Below the pieces are notes generated by a model. That model was not told where the DNA came from, ran no database searches, and worked only from the letters and a program-made list of their open reading frames with translations. DNA of 64,000 bases from an uncultured Robiginitomaculum sp. (GTDB lineage: Bacteria; Pseudomonadota; Alphaproteobacteria; Caulobacterales; Maricaulaceae). This document shows positions 48,266-57,328 of this stretch, piece by piece (the first letter of the stretch is position 1; every line of letters starts with the position of its first letter). Location of the stretch: NCBI GenBank assembly GCA_938010385.1, contig CALLVD010000014.1:18987-82986 (forward strand), in the 5' to 3' direction. Position numbers and translations under genes: made by a program.

Positions 48266-49260
48266 TGGGCCCCTCCCAAGGCTTCAACCTGTTTAATCAG
48301 CGGCTCAACAGGGCCGCCGTAAAACGAAGTTTTGATATCTTTGACCGCTTCACGAAACGGCGCTTTATCGGGATAGATGACTTCTACTCCGGCCTCTTTG
48401 ACTTTGGCGATAGCATCATCAGACGCTTCGGCCCAAAGCTTGCGTTGGTAGATTACGGATTCGTTGACGGCCTGCGTGACCCAGTCGCGCTGCTGCGTGT
48501 TCAGCCCGTCCCAAACATGTTTGGACATAATCAACAGGTCAGGCACGGATGTGTGCTCATCTAATGTGTAATATTTCGCCGTCTCAAAATGTTTTGACAG
48601 GTAATATGACGGCGGATTGTTTTCCGCTCCGTCAACGACGCCTTGCTGTAAAGCGGTGTAAAGCTCGCCCCAGGAAATCGGTGTGGCCGAGCCGCCGAGG
48701 GCTTTGACCATTTCAATCGATGTACGGCTTGGCAAGACACGCACTTTTTTTCCGGTCAGGTCCGCCGGCGTGCGCACAGGCGCTTCCGTCATATAAAAGC
48801 TTCGTGACCCGGCGTCATAGTATCCCAGACCGTGAATACGCACATCTGCCAAGGTCGTCAGCAAATCGCGTCCCGGCTTGCCATTCAGCACGCGCCAGAA
48901 ATGCTCGTTATCTTCAAATAAATACGGAATGGAAAACAGCTTCATCTGCTCAGAGAAGCCTTCCATGGAAATGGTCGACACTTTTGTCATGGACACCGCG
49001 CCGATTTGCAAAAGCTCAATAAGCTCTCGCTCACTGCCCAGCTGGCCGTTTGGATAAATCTCTACCGCCATCTTGCCGTTTGACAGGGTGTCCAGACGTT
49101 CGCCCATATAGACCATGGCTTTATGAACCGGATGATCCGCGTTCAGCGTATGCGCCAGTTTTAAGGTCTCGACGTCGCTTTGGACTGCATTACACCCCCC
49201 CAGCGCCAGGGCTCCCGCAAGGGCCGCGCCGGCTTTCAATGATTTTCTGCGCGATATCAT
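48262..49260 (-). CDS. dctP: TRAP substrate-binding protein
   Basis: GQLGSERE, GKKVRV and ELYTALQQGVVDGAEN; twin-Arg-like leader ending in LGGC. Confidence 0.95.
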   Translation of the reverse strand: MISRRKSLKAGAALAGALALGGCNAVQSDVETLKLAHTLNADHPVHKAMVYMGERLDTLSNGKMAVEIYPNGQLGSERELIELLQIGAVSMTKVSTISMEGFSEQMKLFSIPYLFEDNEHFWRVLNGKPGRDLLTTLADVRIHGLGYYDAGSRSFYMTEAPVRTPADLTGKKVRVLPSRTSIEMVKALGGSATPISWGELYTALQQGVVDGAENNPPSYYLSKHFETAKYYTLDEHTSVPDLLIMSKHVWDGLNTQQRDWVTQAVNESVIYQRKLWAEASDDAIAKVKEAGVEVIYPDKAPFREAVKDIKTSFYGGPVEPLIKQVEALGGAQ

Positions 49261-50486
49261 TTCAGGTCAACTCCCGCGTCCATCAATCGCAACATGCCCT
49301 CACCGGCCAGCAGGAAGGCACCGGCGCCGTAAAATTGCGTCTCATTCGGCGCAACCTTATCCGGCGCGTAGCCGACTTGTTGCACCCAGCCGATCATGCC
49401 GTCATCTGTGACCGCATCATTGAGCCCTGCCCAGCCTTTTTTAATGTGTGGCAGGTAAGTCTGCGCATCCAGCGTGCCGTTGGCCACGCCCCAGGCCAGA
49501 CCGGCGACAAAGAAGGCGCTGCCGGATGATTCTTTAACGGGGTAAAGTTCCGGCGCGTCAAGGGACACGGCCCACAGCCCGTCTTCACGTTGCAGTTCAA
49601 TCAGGGTCGCTGCCATTTGCTTGTAAAGATCAATATAGCGCTGACGGGATTTATAATCTGCGGGCAAATCGTCAATCACATCGGCAATGCCGGTAAAGAC
49701 CCAGCCATTGCCGCGGCTCCAATAGATTTTCTTGCCGTTCTCTTCGCGTCTTTCAAAAAAGCGGCTGTCGCGCAGAAATAAGCCTTTTTCGTCGTCAAAG
49801 AGATAATCGGTCGTGATCCAAAACTCGCTGTCGGAAAACTCTAAATATTTGTCATCGCCTGTAATTTTTGACAATTTAGTCAAAACCGGCGGTGCCATAA
49901 ACAAAGCATCAGCCCAGCACCAGCGTTTGAGGCATTCATGAGAGTAACCGGGCTCTGTTCCTTTTGGCCCAAAATCCAATGACACATTTGACGGATTGGC
50001 AATGATTTCGTCAAACGTGTCTTGGACGTGCTTAATCATAACCGGGTCTTTGTAACGGTCATACAGCGCCATGTAATACTGGCCGACAACATGGTCATCG
50101 GCGTGATAGAGGCGGTCTTCAAGCTTATAGCCTTGTTCGGCGGCAAAGTTTTTTAAAAATTCAAAATAGTCTTTATTATCTGTGCGGGCAGCGTAGTCCG
50201 CCAGACCTTTCAAAAACGCGCCTTGAATCCATCCGCGCTTTTCCTCGCTGCGATCTTGGAAGCTGGGGACAAACGGCGCGTATTGATCAAGCTCCATGTG
50301 AGCGAGCTGCCAATCAGCAACGCCATCGGACACATTGATGATGCTTTGGCGTGAGAAGATATCTGCGTTTTGCGCTTGTGCCGCCGGTTTGTTCGTGACC
50401 GGATCAGAGCCGCCGCTGCAGGCCGCCGCGCCGGTCAAAACAGCGATGGATACGGCTGTGCCGAGTGCAAGTTTTTTAAAAGTCAT
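49257..50486 (-). CDS. GH105 (GH88/105) unsaturated uronyl hydrolase, lipoprotein
   Basis: HADD, WCWADALFMAPP, WSRGNGW and ESSGSA motifs; AAAC lipobox. Confidence 0.9.
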   Translation of the reverse strand: MTFKKLALGTAVSIAVLTGAAACSGGSDPVTNKPAAQAQNADIFSRQSIINVSDGVADWQLAHMELDQYAPFVPSFQDRSEEKRGWIQGAFLKGLADYAARTDNKDYFEFLKNFAAEQGYKLEDRLYHADDHVVGQYYMALYDRYKDPVMIKHVQDTFDEIIANPSNVSLDFGPKGTEPGYSHECLKRWCWADALFMAPPVLTKLSKITGDDKYLEFSDSEFWITTDYLFDDEKGLFLRDSRFFERREENGKKIYWSRGNGWVFTGIADVIDDLPADYKSRQRYIDLYKQMAATLIELQREDGLWAVSLDAPELYPVKESSGSAFFVAGLAWGVANGTLDAQTYLPHIKKGWAGLNDAVTDDGMIGWVQQVGYAPDKVAPNETQFYGAGAFLLAGEGMLRLMDAGVDLK

Positions 50487-50543
50487 AATATCCCGCGTGG
50501 TTGGGCCCTTTTGGGCGTCGTTTGTATGAGTTTGTTCCTTATA

Positions 50544-50558
50544 ATTGGTCAGGCCGAT
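50544..50558. promoter_or_regulatory. Putative operator between GH105 and DUF4861
   Basis: ATTGGTCAGGCCGAT, same family as the sites at 36617 and 45401. Confidence 0.65.
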
Positions 50559-50621
50559 ATCGCAAACTTTCTTTTTGCCGCGTCGGATATCCTTGCAAGT
50601 CAATATAAAATTCGCTAGGCG

Positions 50622-51623
50622 ATGCCCATGACTTATTTAACTCAAAAACCCCGCTCCCTTTTCATCAAAACCGCCGGGCCTGCTGCTTTGGCGGCTCTCG
50701 CGCTTGGCCTGTCTGCGTGCTCCAAATCGGAAGAAGGCGGCACAGTTGCTGTGCCGACAGCGCCGCAAACATCGACATCCGGCGCTGCGTCCTCATCGGA
50801 TAAAGCCGGTATTGATATCGGTATGCTTGATGGCGGCGGCTCTATACAAAGCTTTGACAGCCCGGCCGGCTATCAGCGCGATGCGAAAATCCTGACTTAT
50901 GAAGGTCCCGGATGGGAATCAGACAAGGTCGGCTATCGCCTTTATCTGGATGGACGCAATGTGCTGGACATTTTCGGCAAGAAAACGCCGGGTATCGTTT
51001 TGCCAAAGGTCGGGCGCGGCGAAGATTATCACGCTATGGCTGATTGGGGGATGGACATCTTAAAAGTCGGCAACTCACTCGGCGCCGGCGGCTGGGGCGT
51101 GTTTAAAGCCGGGAAAGCCGTACAGGTCGGCGACGCTGACAGCTACAGCGCGCGGGTTGTTACAGACACGGACGACTCGGCAACGCTCGAAGTCACGCTG
51201 AAAAATGCCGGCGAATGCAAAGCGGACATGACGACCACTTACACCATCAACGCCGGTGAACGTCTGACCCACATTAATGTGACCGGCGATTGCGCGCGTC
51301 CTGTTGCTGCCGGCATTGTTATTCATCCCGGCACAGAAAAGCTGGCCTCAGGCGGCAAGGACGGCTGGCAATATATAGCCCGCTACGGCGAGCAAAGCCT
51401 TGTGCCTGATAATCTGGGCATTGCCTTGTTTTATAAAGCCGGCTTTGCGGCCGGCGTGCGCGACGATGATGACGACAGCTATGTAATTTTTCGCAAAACC
51501 GGTACGGTCGATTACGTCACCGGTGCCGCTTGGGCTCAAGAGGCCGGCGGAATTACAGACAAGGCAGGCTTTGCCGCTTGGCTGACTGAAACCCAAGCCG
51601 CTCTGAATGCCTCCGGTAAATAA
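50622..51623 (+). CDS. DUF4861-like lipoprotein
   Basis: LSAC lipobox; EGPGWESDKVGYRLY, DIFGK and WGMDILKVGNSLGAG; family recognised from memory. Confidence 0.78.
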   Translation: MPMTYLTQKPRSLFIKTAGPAALAALALGLSACSKSEEGGTVAVPTAPQTSTSGAASSSDKAGIDIGMLDGGGSIQSFDSPAGYQRDAKILTYEGPGWESDKVGYRLYLDGRNVLDIFGKKTPGIVLPKVGRGEDYHAMADWGMDILKVGNSLGAGGWGVFKAGKAVQVGDADSYSARVVTDTDDSATLEVTLKNAGECKADMTTTYTINAGERLTHINVTGDCARPVAAGIVIHPGTEKLASGGKDGWQYIARYGEQSLVPDNLGIALFYKAGFAAGVRDDDDDSYVIFRKTGTVDYVTGAAWAQEAGGITDKAGFAAWLTETQAALNASGK

Positions 51624-51642
51624 TTTTTCGAAAGCTTATACT

Positions 51643-52473
51643 ATGGAAACCCGTCACTCCGCCGATAAAATCCGCTACCGCACTATGTCCAACCAAGAGC
51701 TTCGCGACAGCTTTGTCGTGGATAATCTGTTTACGCCGGACACAGTTCCGCTGACTTACTCTGACATTGATCGCGGCGTCATCGGCTCCGCTGTGCCGGT
51801 CAAGTCGTCTTTGACCATTCCGATGCACAAAGATTTGGCAAGTGACTATTTCTGCCAGCGCCGTGAAGTCGGCGTCATAAATATTGGCGGCGATGGCTCC
51901 GTTCTTGTGGACGGTAAAAGCTACGCAATGACGAAGCTCGACAGCCTCTATATCGGCCGCGGCGTTAAAGAGATCGAATTTTTCAGCGAAGACGCGGCTG
52001 ATCCGGCCAAGTTCTACTTTGTCAGCTATCCGGCGCACACAGCCTATCCGACAGTTCATGTGCCGATGGATAAGTCTAACATCATCAATCTGGGCAGCGC
52101 CGAAACGGCCAATAAGCGGACCATCTATCAACCGCTGCGCCCCGGCATTATTGAAAGCTGCCAACTTGTTATGGGCTTCACTATGCTGGCGGAAGGCTCC
52201 GTCTGGAATACGTTCCCGCCCCATACACATCAGCGCCGGTCCGAATATTACATGTATTTCGACATGCCAGAAGATGGCCGGGTTTTCCATTTTATGGGGC
52301 AAGCCGACAATATGCGCCACTTGCTCCTGTCCGAGGGGCAGGCGGCCTTGTCACCTATCTGGTCTATGCATTGCGGCGCAGGCACGTCGGCCTACACATT
52401 TATCTGGTCAATGGGCGGTGAGAATCAGGAATTTGACGACATGGATCACATCGATCGCGCAACAATTGGCTGA
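51643..52473 (+). CDS. kduI: 4-deoxy-L-threo-5-hexosulose-uronate ketol-isomerase
   Basis: RREVGVINIGG, WNTFPPHTHQRRSE, WSMH and MGGENQ motifs. Confidence 0.96.
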   Translation: METRHSADKIRYRTMSNQELRDSFVVDNLFTPDTVPLTYSDIDRGVIGSAVPVKSSLTIPMHKDLASDYFCQRREVGVINIGGDGSVLVDGKSYAMTKLDSLYIGRGVKEIEFFSEDAADPAKFYFVSYPAHTAYPTVHVPMDKSNIINLGSAETANKRTIYQPLRPGIIESCQLVMGFTMLAEGSVWNTFPPHTHQRRSEYYMYFDMPEDGRVFHFMGQADNMRHLLLSEGQAALSPIWSMHCGAGTSAYTFIWSMGGENQEFDDMDHIDRATIG

Positions 52474-52607
52474 TTTGCCGCTTGGATTGGTATGATAAGA
52501 GCTCGTGCTAATTGCGCTAAAGTCTCGATTGGGACCCTGATAACTAAACGCTTAATTATAAGAGCCGCCTAGCTGCCGCCTCGGTTTTAATGTTGTTTTT
52601 GAGGCTG

Positions 52608-53927
52608 CTAGCCCAAGTAAACAGTTCCTTCGGGATACTGTATTCTCGGTGTTGTTTTCGATGCAAGGAAGAACCCCAGAGTCAGAGGGCCGAGCCGGCC
52701 CAAAAACATAATTAAGCAAATGATTGCTCTGCCAAAATCGTTAAGCTCACCGGTCGCGCCTTGGCTCAATCCCACCGTTCCAAACGCTGAGGTGACTTCA
52801 AATGCAGCCGTCAAAAAGTCTATTTCATGCGTTGCAACAATTAAGAATAAGCCTGACAAGATAACAAAAAGACTGATTGTCAACAGCGCCATCACTTTGA
52901 GGCCTTGCTGTAATCCCACACTGTATCCGAAGGCTTTCATTCTTCCGGAATTACGAAAAAAGGCTATTGTTGCCAGCAGTAGCACGACAGCGGTCGTCAC
53001 TTTAATGCCGCCCGCAGTGGAGGTGCTTCCGCCCCCAATAACCATCAAAACCATCGTCATGAGTGTGGTGCTGTCTTGCATGGCCGCCGTATTCATCGCG
53101 TTAAAACCGGCGGTGCGGGGGGTAACCGCCTCGAACCATATTGCATTTATTCTCTCCCCCGGACTTGATAAGCCGGCCAGCGTTTCAGGGTTGTTCCATT
53201 CCAAAATGCCATATCCAAGGCAGGAGATCAGAATTAAGCTGAGCGTTCCGACCAGCATCAAGCGAGTGTGCAGAGAGAATTTCTGCCATTTTCCATAGAC
53301 TAAAATATCAGACAGAACCGCAAAGCCCAGACCGGCCACAATAAACTGTATGGAAATCGTGAATACGATAAGTGAATTATCAACATATCCCATAAGGCTG
53401 TCAGAGAACAATGAGAAGCCGGCATTGTTGAAAGCTGAGATGGAATGAAAAGCAGATTGCCATAAGCCTTCACGCCACCCAAAGTCCGGCACGAAAACGA
53501 ATGCCATGACGGCCATGCCAATCAATTCGCACACCAACACGACCTTGAACACAACCCGGACAATGTCGAGCAATCCCCCAAGAGAGGCCAGACCCATTTC
53601 TTCTTTGAGGAATTGCCGGTGGGCTAACCCGATTTTCATGCCTAAAGATGAAAGGACCAAAACTGCAAAGGTCATGAGCCCCATGCCGCCCAGCTGTATC
53701 AACACCATAAGAACGCCTTGCCCGAATGTTGTAAACGCTGTTCCGGTGTCTGTGACGACCAGGCCCGTTACGGTGACAGCCGAGGTCGCCGTAAAGAATG
53801 CATCTGACCACGTGATCCCGTTAGTGGATGCAGCCGGCAGCATCAACAAACCGGCACCGACAGTAATCCAACTTAAATACAGCAATGCCAGCAGAGCAGG
53901 GGCCGGCAATTCCAAAGAGCGTCTCAC
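52608..53927 (-). CDS. ktrB: Trk/Ktr potassium uptake membrane subunit
   Basis: Four pore loops: SAVTVTGL, AFNNAGF, RTAGF and FGTVGLS. Confidence 0.9.
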   Translation of the reverse strand: MRRSLELPAPALLALLYLSWITVGAGLLMLPAASTNGITWSDAFFTATSAVTVTGLVVTDTGTAFTTFGQGVLMVLIQLGGMGLMTFAVLVLSSLGMKIGLAHRQFLKEEMGLASLGGLLDIVRVVFKVVLVCELIGMAVMAFVFVPDFGWREGLWQSAFHSISAFNNAGFSLFSDSLMGYVDNSLIVFTISIQFIVAGLGFAVLSDILVYGKWQKFSLHTRLMLVGTLSLILISCLGYGILEWNNPETLAGLSSPGERINAIWFEAVTPRTAGFNAMNTAAMQDSTTLMTMVLMVIGGGSTSTAGGIKVTTAVVLLLATIAFFRNSGRMKAFGYSVGLQQGLKVMALLTISLFVILSGLFLIVATHEIDFLTAAFEVTSAFGTVGLSQGATGELNDFGRAIICLIMFLGRLGPLTLGFFLASKTTPRIQYPEGTVYLG

Positions 53928-53933
53928 GGCAGA

Positions 53934-54596
53934 TTATTTCGCTTCGGAGAATTTGCGCAACTGACTGCGCGTACCGAATAAAATGATCTTATCATTTTCT
54001 TTTAAAGCGTCTTTAAATTCAGCCGGACCCGAAAACACGCTATCAGCGTAAACGCCCATACACGAAATATTGTGATCTTTTTCAAATTTAAAGTCCGCCA
54101 ATAATTTACCCGCCAAAGAAGACGGGACCTCCACCATGACAACGTATTGCCCGTCGCCAAGTGACATGAAGTCTTCCAAATGGGGGTTGTGAATTATCTG
54201 AGCGACATGCCTGCCAAAGCGCTGCTCGGGAAGTACAATATGATGAACGCCTATGGCTTTGAGGATTTTTCGCTGCGTTTCAGTCTGCGCTTTAACCCAG
54301 ACTTGCCGGCACCCTAATTCCATCACATTCATGGCAGCCAGAATACTCGCTTCCGTATTTTCACCGATGGAGACTAAGACTGCATCATAAGTTTCAAGGG
54401 AGCATTGCGACAGGGCTTTGTCATCAGTTGCATCAACCTGAACAGATGATTTTATCTCATCACAGATCATAGTCACGCGCGCAGGGTCATCATCAATACC
54501 CAGAACGTTGTCCCCCATACGGGTTAATTCTCTTGCGACAGAGACCCCGAAGGTGCCGAGGCCAATGATAGCTACGTTTCTGGATTTGTTGGCCAT
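53934..54596 (-). CDS. ktrA: Trk/Ktr RCK regulatory subunit
   Basis: IIGLGTFG, DATD and VWVKA motifs; 220 aa. Confidence 0.9.
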   Translation of the reverse strand: MANKSRNVAIIGLGTFGVSVARELTRMGDNVLGIDDDPARVTMICDEIKSSVQVDATDDKALSQCSLETYDAVLVSIGENTEASILAAMNVMELGCRQVWVKAQTETQRKILKAIGVHHIVLPEQRFGRHVAQIIHNPHLEDFMSLGDGQYVVMVEVPSSLAGKLLADFKFEKDHNISCMGVYADSVFSGPAEFKDALKENDKIILFGTRSQLRKFSEAK

Positions 54597-55024
54597 GGAT
54601 TTAGTTTCTAAAAATTCTCTGCGGATAATGTTGCCGGGTTATCCATGATTAACGCTTATCATTTCCTTCGTCTATCTATTGTTGCGCGCAGTTCTTTGAG
54701 CTTGAATCTCCGCTTCGCCTCTAAGGCGCCGAATGACGATTGCGGTGACCATGCTGAAGCATTGCCTCCGCCTTACTCCCAATCGCTGATTTTTTTGCTG
54801 TTTGATTTCGCTGTTAAAGCCCGGCGATTGCGCGAGTGCGCCTCAGAAACAGCGGCTTTAAAGTCAAGGGACTTACAGCGAGTTTACTGTGCATATTTGT
54901 AGTTATAACCTCAATCGCCGCAACATTTTCATTCATAAAGACAAGATGGTCTCAAACGTCAGAATCGCAGTCGGAGAAACTGTAGAGGTCTTGTCAAAAA
55001 CTCATGCCATACAGGTGCGGTGAT

Positions 55025-55864
55025 TTATTTCCCAAACCCAAAACTCAGGCTTGAGAATATTGTGTCATAGTCTGCGCGCGCATCGCTTTCCAGCGGGTCA
55101 GACCATACGGCGTGGAGCATCCAGCTGCCCGCGGCCGGCCGGGGGAAACTGACATTGCCTTGCGCGTCCGTTTTTTGGACCGCAACTAAACCGTCATCAT
55201 TATCAAGGCGGATAAGCCCGACCGTAACGCCTGCTGTGGGAGCGCCGCGATAATGAACGCCGGCATCCATCGGCGCGCCCGCTTCCAAACCGTAAGGATT
55301 ACTGCGAGGGGTAATTTCCAAAGTCAGGCCGAGCGGCGATGTGACAAATGCGTCGGCATCACGGCTGTAATCGCCGACCTGTATCAACGCTTTGCCTCGG
55401 CGCGAATAAATCTCTCGCCCGGGCGTATCGGTTATGCCGCGCTGCGTGCGGTCATCAGAGATAGGCGTTAGGCCTTCTTCTTTCAGATACGCGTTAAATT
55501 TTTCATGGCTTAATTCGCTGACGGCAGAGGTTGTCTCAATGGTAAGAATGTGCGTGCCTTTTCCAAGCGCGTCCAGCCGAACCGCGCCGGACGGGAGCGT
55601 CTCCGAAAGAGCCGTTTGCTGATCGGTCACGCCTGCGGCGCTGAAACTTCGAAAACTGATAACGCGGTGCGGATTAAGGGTCCACTGCGTGCGGTCCTCA
55701 AGATGACCGATCATAATTTGCACGGCCAGCGGCCGGGGCGTTTGCGGCTGAAAAGTATTAGGCTGCAGCCAAAAGTCATGAGCCATTGCGGCGGGCGACA
55801 GCAAGACAGACCCCGCTAAAATTGAAAAAATAAATTTCGCGGATTTGAAAGAGGTCAAGCGCAT
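55025..55864 (-). CDS. DUF4198 family periplasmic protein
   Basis: Signal peptide ending AMA-HDFWL; EIYSRRGKAL, LEITPRSNPY and TDAQG motifs. Confidence 0.85.
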   Translation of the reverse strand: MRLTSFKSAKFIFSILAGSVLLSPAAMAHDFWLQPNTFQPQTPRPLAVQIMIGHLEDRTQWTLNPHRVISFRSFSAAGVTDQQTALSETLPSGAVRLDALGKGTHILTIETTSAVSELSHEKFNAYLKEEGLTPISDDRTQRGITDTPGREIYSRRGKALIQVGDYSRDADAFVTSPLGLTLEITPRSNPYGLEAGAPMDAGVHYRGAPTAGVTVGLIRLDNDDGLVAVQKTDAQGNVSFPRPAAGSWMLHAVWSDPLESDARADYDTIFSSLSFGFGK

Positions 55865-55896
55865 GACAGTCCTGTTTTTACTTAAGTGACTGTGCT

Positions 55897-55925
55897 GATA
55901 CGCTCGCCCTCTCGCACTTGGTGCA
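55897..55925 (-). promoter_or_regulatory. ECF-type promoter for DUF4198
   Basis: Minus strand TGCACCAA-N15-CGTATC. Confidence 0.8.
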
Positions 55926-55969
55926 CAACCCGAATTATCGCTGCAGGCAAGCGCAGTTGGCCCAATCCC

Positions 55970-55998
55970 TGCACCAATGACCGGGTGGCGTGCGTAAC
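55970..55998 (+). promoter_or_regulatory. ECF-type promoter for the pseudo-sigma/anti-sigma operon
   Basis: TGCACCAA-N15-CGTAAC. Confidence 0.8.
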
Positions 55999-56077
55999 TC
56001 TTATATTGATGCGGACATACTCAGGGTCTACGGTATTTTAACAGGGCGAAACCACGGCGCATATAAGTTCGGATAAG

Positions 56078-56578
56078 ATGATTGAAAAAGACTTTAAATT
56101 TCTGTTCGACAGATTGCGACGCAATGACAGGGAGGCGATGACAGACATGTATGCTCAGGCCGCGCCTCACCTCTATGGCATCATAATGCGCATATTACCC
56201 AATGACGTTCGGGCCGCCGCCGTATTGGAGTCCCTGTTTGTACGCATCTGGGACGAACGTATGGCGCCGCGCTACGCCGGCAAAGATGTGCTGAATACGT
56301 TACGGTCCGAGGCGCACCGAGCCGCTATTGAAGCCAAACTCGCCGATCAACTGGTCTTGCGCGCCGCGCCGCTCGCCGCCGACGCAGACCGCAATCCCCG
56401 GCCCGATTTACCGCAAAAACTGTCGTCCCTGTCCCAAGATGATTTAGAGTTTTTAAGCTGCGCCTATCTGGACGCATTCCCGCTGGACGTTTTGGCGCGT
56501 CGATATAATGAGTCGCCCAAGGCCTTATCAGCCCGCCTGTCAGCCCTGATAGACCGTCTGCTGGAGGCATCATCATGA
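56078..56578 (+). CDS. Degenerate ECF sigma-like protein
   Basis: Keeps the SigK-like scaffold (DREAMTDMY, LYGIIMRIL, FVRIW) but lacks the conserved AEDxxQ, WLxxIARN and TVKSR motifs. Confidence 0.75.
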   Translation: MIEKDFKFLFDRLRRNDREAMTDMYAQAAPHLYGIIMRILPNDVRAAAVLESLFVRIWDERMAPRYAGKDVLNTLRSEAHRAAIEAKLADQLVLRAAPLAADADRNPRPDLPQKLSSLSQDDLEFLSCAYLDAFPLDVLARRYNESPKALSARLSALIDRLLEASS

Positions 56579-57318
56579 GCCGCAAGACAGACTATCAAAA
56601 CCTGGCCATTACATGGCTGACCGGACAGGCTGACGCCGCGCAGGCAGAGCAATTTGCGACCCTGATGGAAACAGATGGTGAATTCAGGGCCTTGGTAACA
56701 GAGCTGGAAGGCTGGCTGTCCCCCTTGAATGCACAGACGGCGGATGAGACGCCGCCGCCGGGGGTTTTGGCCAATATTATGGCAGCCATTGAGACGGATG
56801 AGACGGCTAACGATAATTCCGCGCGCGGCTGGAAGATACTGGCCATTACAAGCTCGCTGATTGCAGTTGCAGCACTGGCCGGTCATTTAATCAATCTTGG
56901 TGCGCCGCGCGAAGCGCCGAAAACGGCTCAGACCACGCCGCCGGCGCAAGAGGCCGTTAATAACACGCCGGCCTTGATGGCGCTGCTGTCAGACAGCGAG
57001 GCCCCGCCCTTGGTTGCGATCGTCTATAATCCGAAAACGGGAAAAGTTGTGGCCCGCCTGTCAAACGTCACTGTGCCGAGCGAAAAAGATTTGGAGCTTT
57101 GGCTGATCCGTGAAGGCGGCGCGGGCCCGATTTCGCTGGGCGTGATGAGCGGGGCCGCGCATGCACAGCAATTGGAATTTGATATCTCCGAAGAGCTTCG
57201 CGGCGCAGGCGATACGTTAGCCGTCAGTCTTGAGCCCGCCGGCGGGTCTGTTAAGGTGTCAGGGCCCAGCGGACCGGTACTTTACACAGGTAAAGTCTCG
57301 GCGCTTCAGCGCCGCTGA
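56575..57318 (+). CDS. RskA-like transmembrane anti-sigma factor
   Basis: N-terminal anti-sigma domain (ETPPPGV), one TM, periplasmic DLELWLI, PISLG, LAVSLEPAGGS and PSGPV. Confidence 0.9.
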   Translation: MSRKTDYQNLAITWLTGQADAAQAEQFATLMETDGEFRALVTELEGWLSPLNAQTADETPPPGVLANIMAAIETDETANDNSARGWKILAITSSLIAVAALAGHLINLGAPREAPKTAQTTPPAQEAVNNTPALMALLSDSEAPPLVAIVYNPKTGKVVARLSNVTVPSEKDLELWLIREGGAGPISLGVMSGAAHAQQLEFDISEELRGAGDTLAVSLEPAGGSVKVSGPSGPVLYTGKVSALQRR

Positions 57319-57328
57319 TCAGGCGCAA

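Noticed and set aside
50487-50603. Longer GH105 start in the ORF track
   Set aside because: It would run through the operator region and bury the lipoprotein signal that begins at 50486.
54645-54902. 85-aa ORF upstream of ktrA
   Set aside because: No RBS or motif and atypical composition; not supported as a gene.
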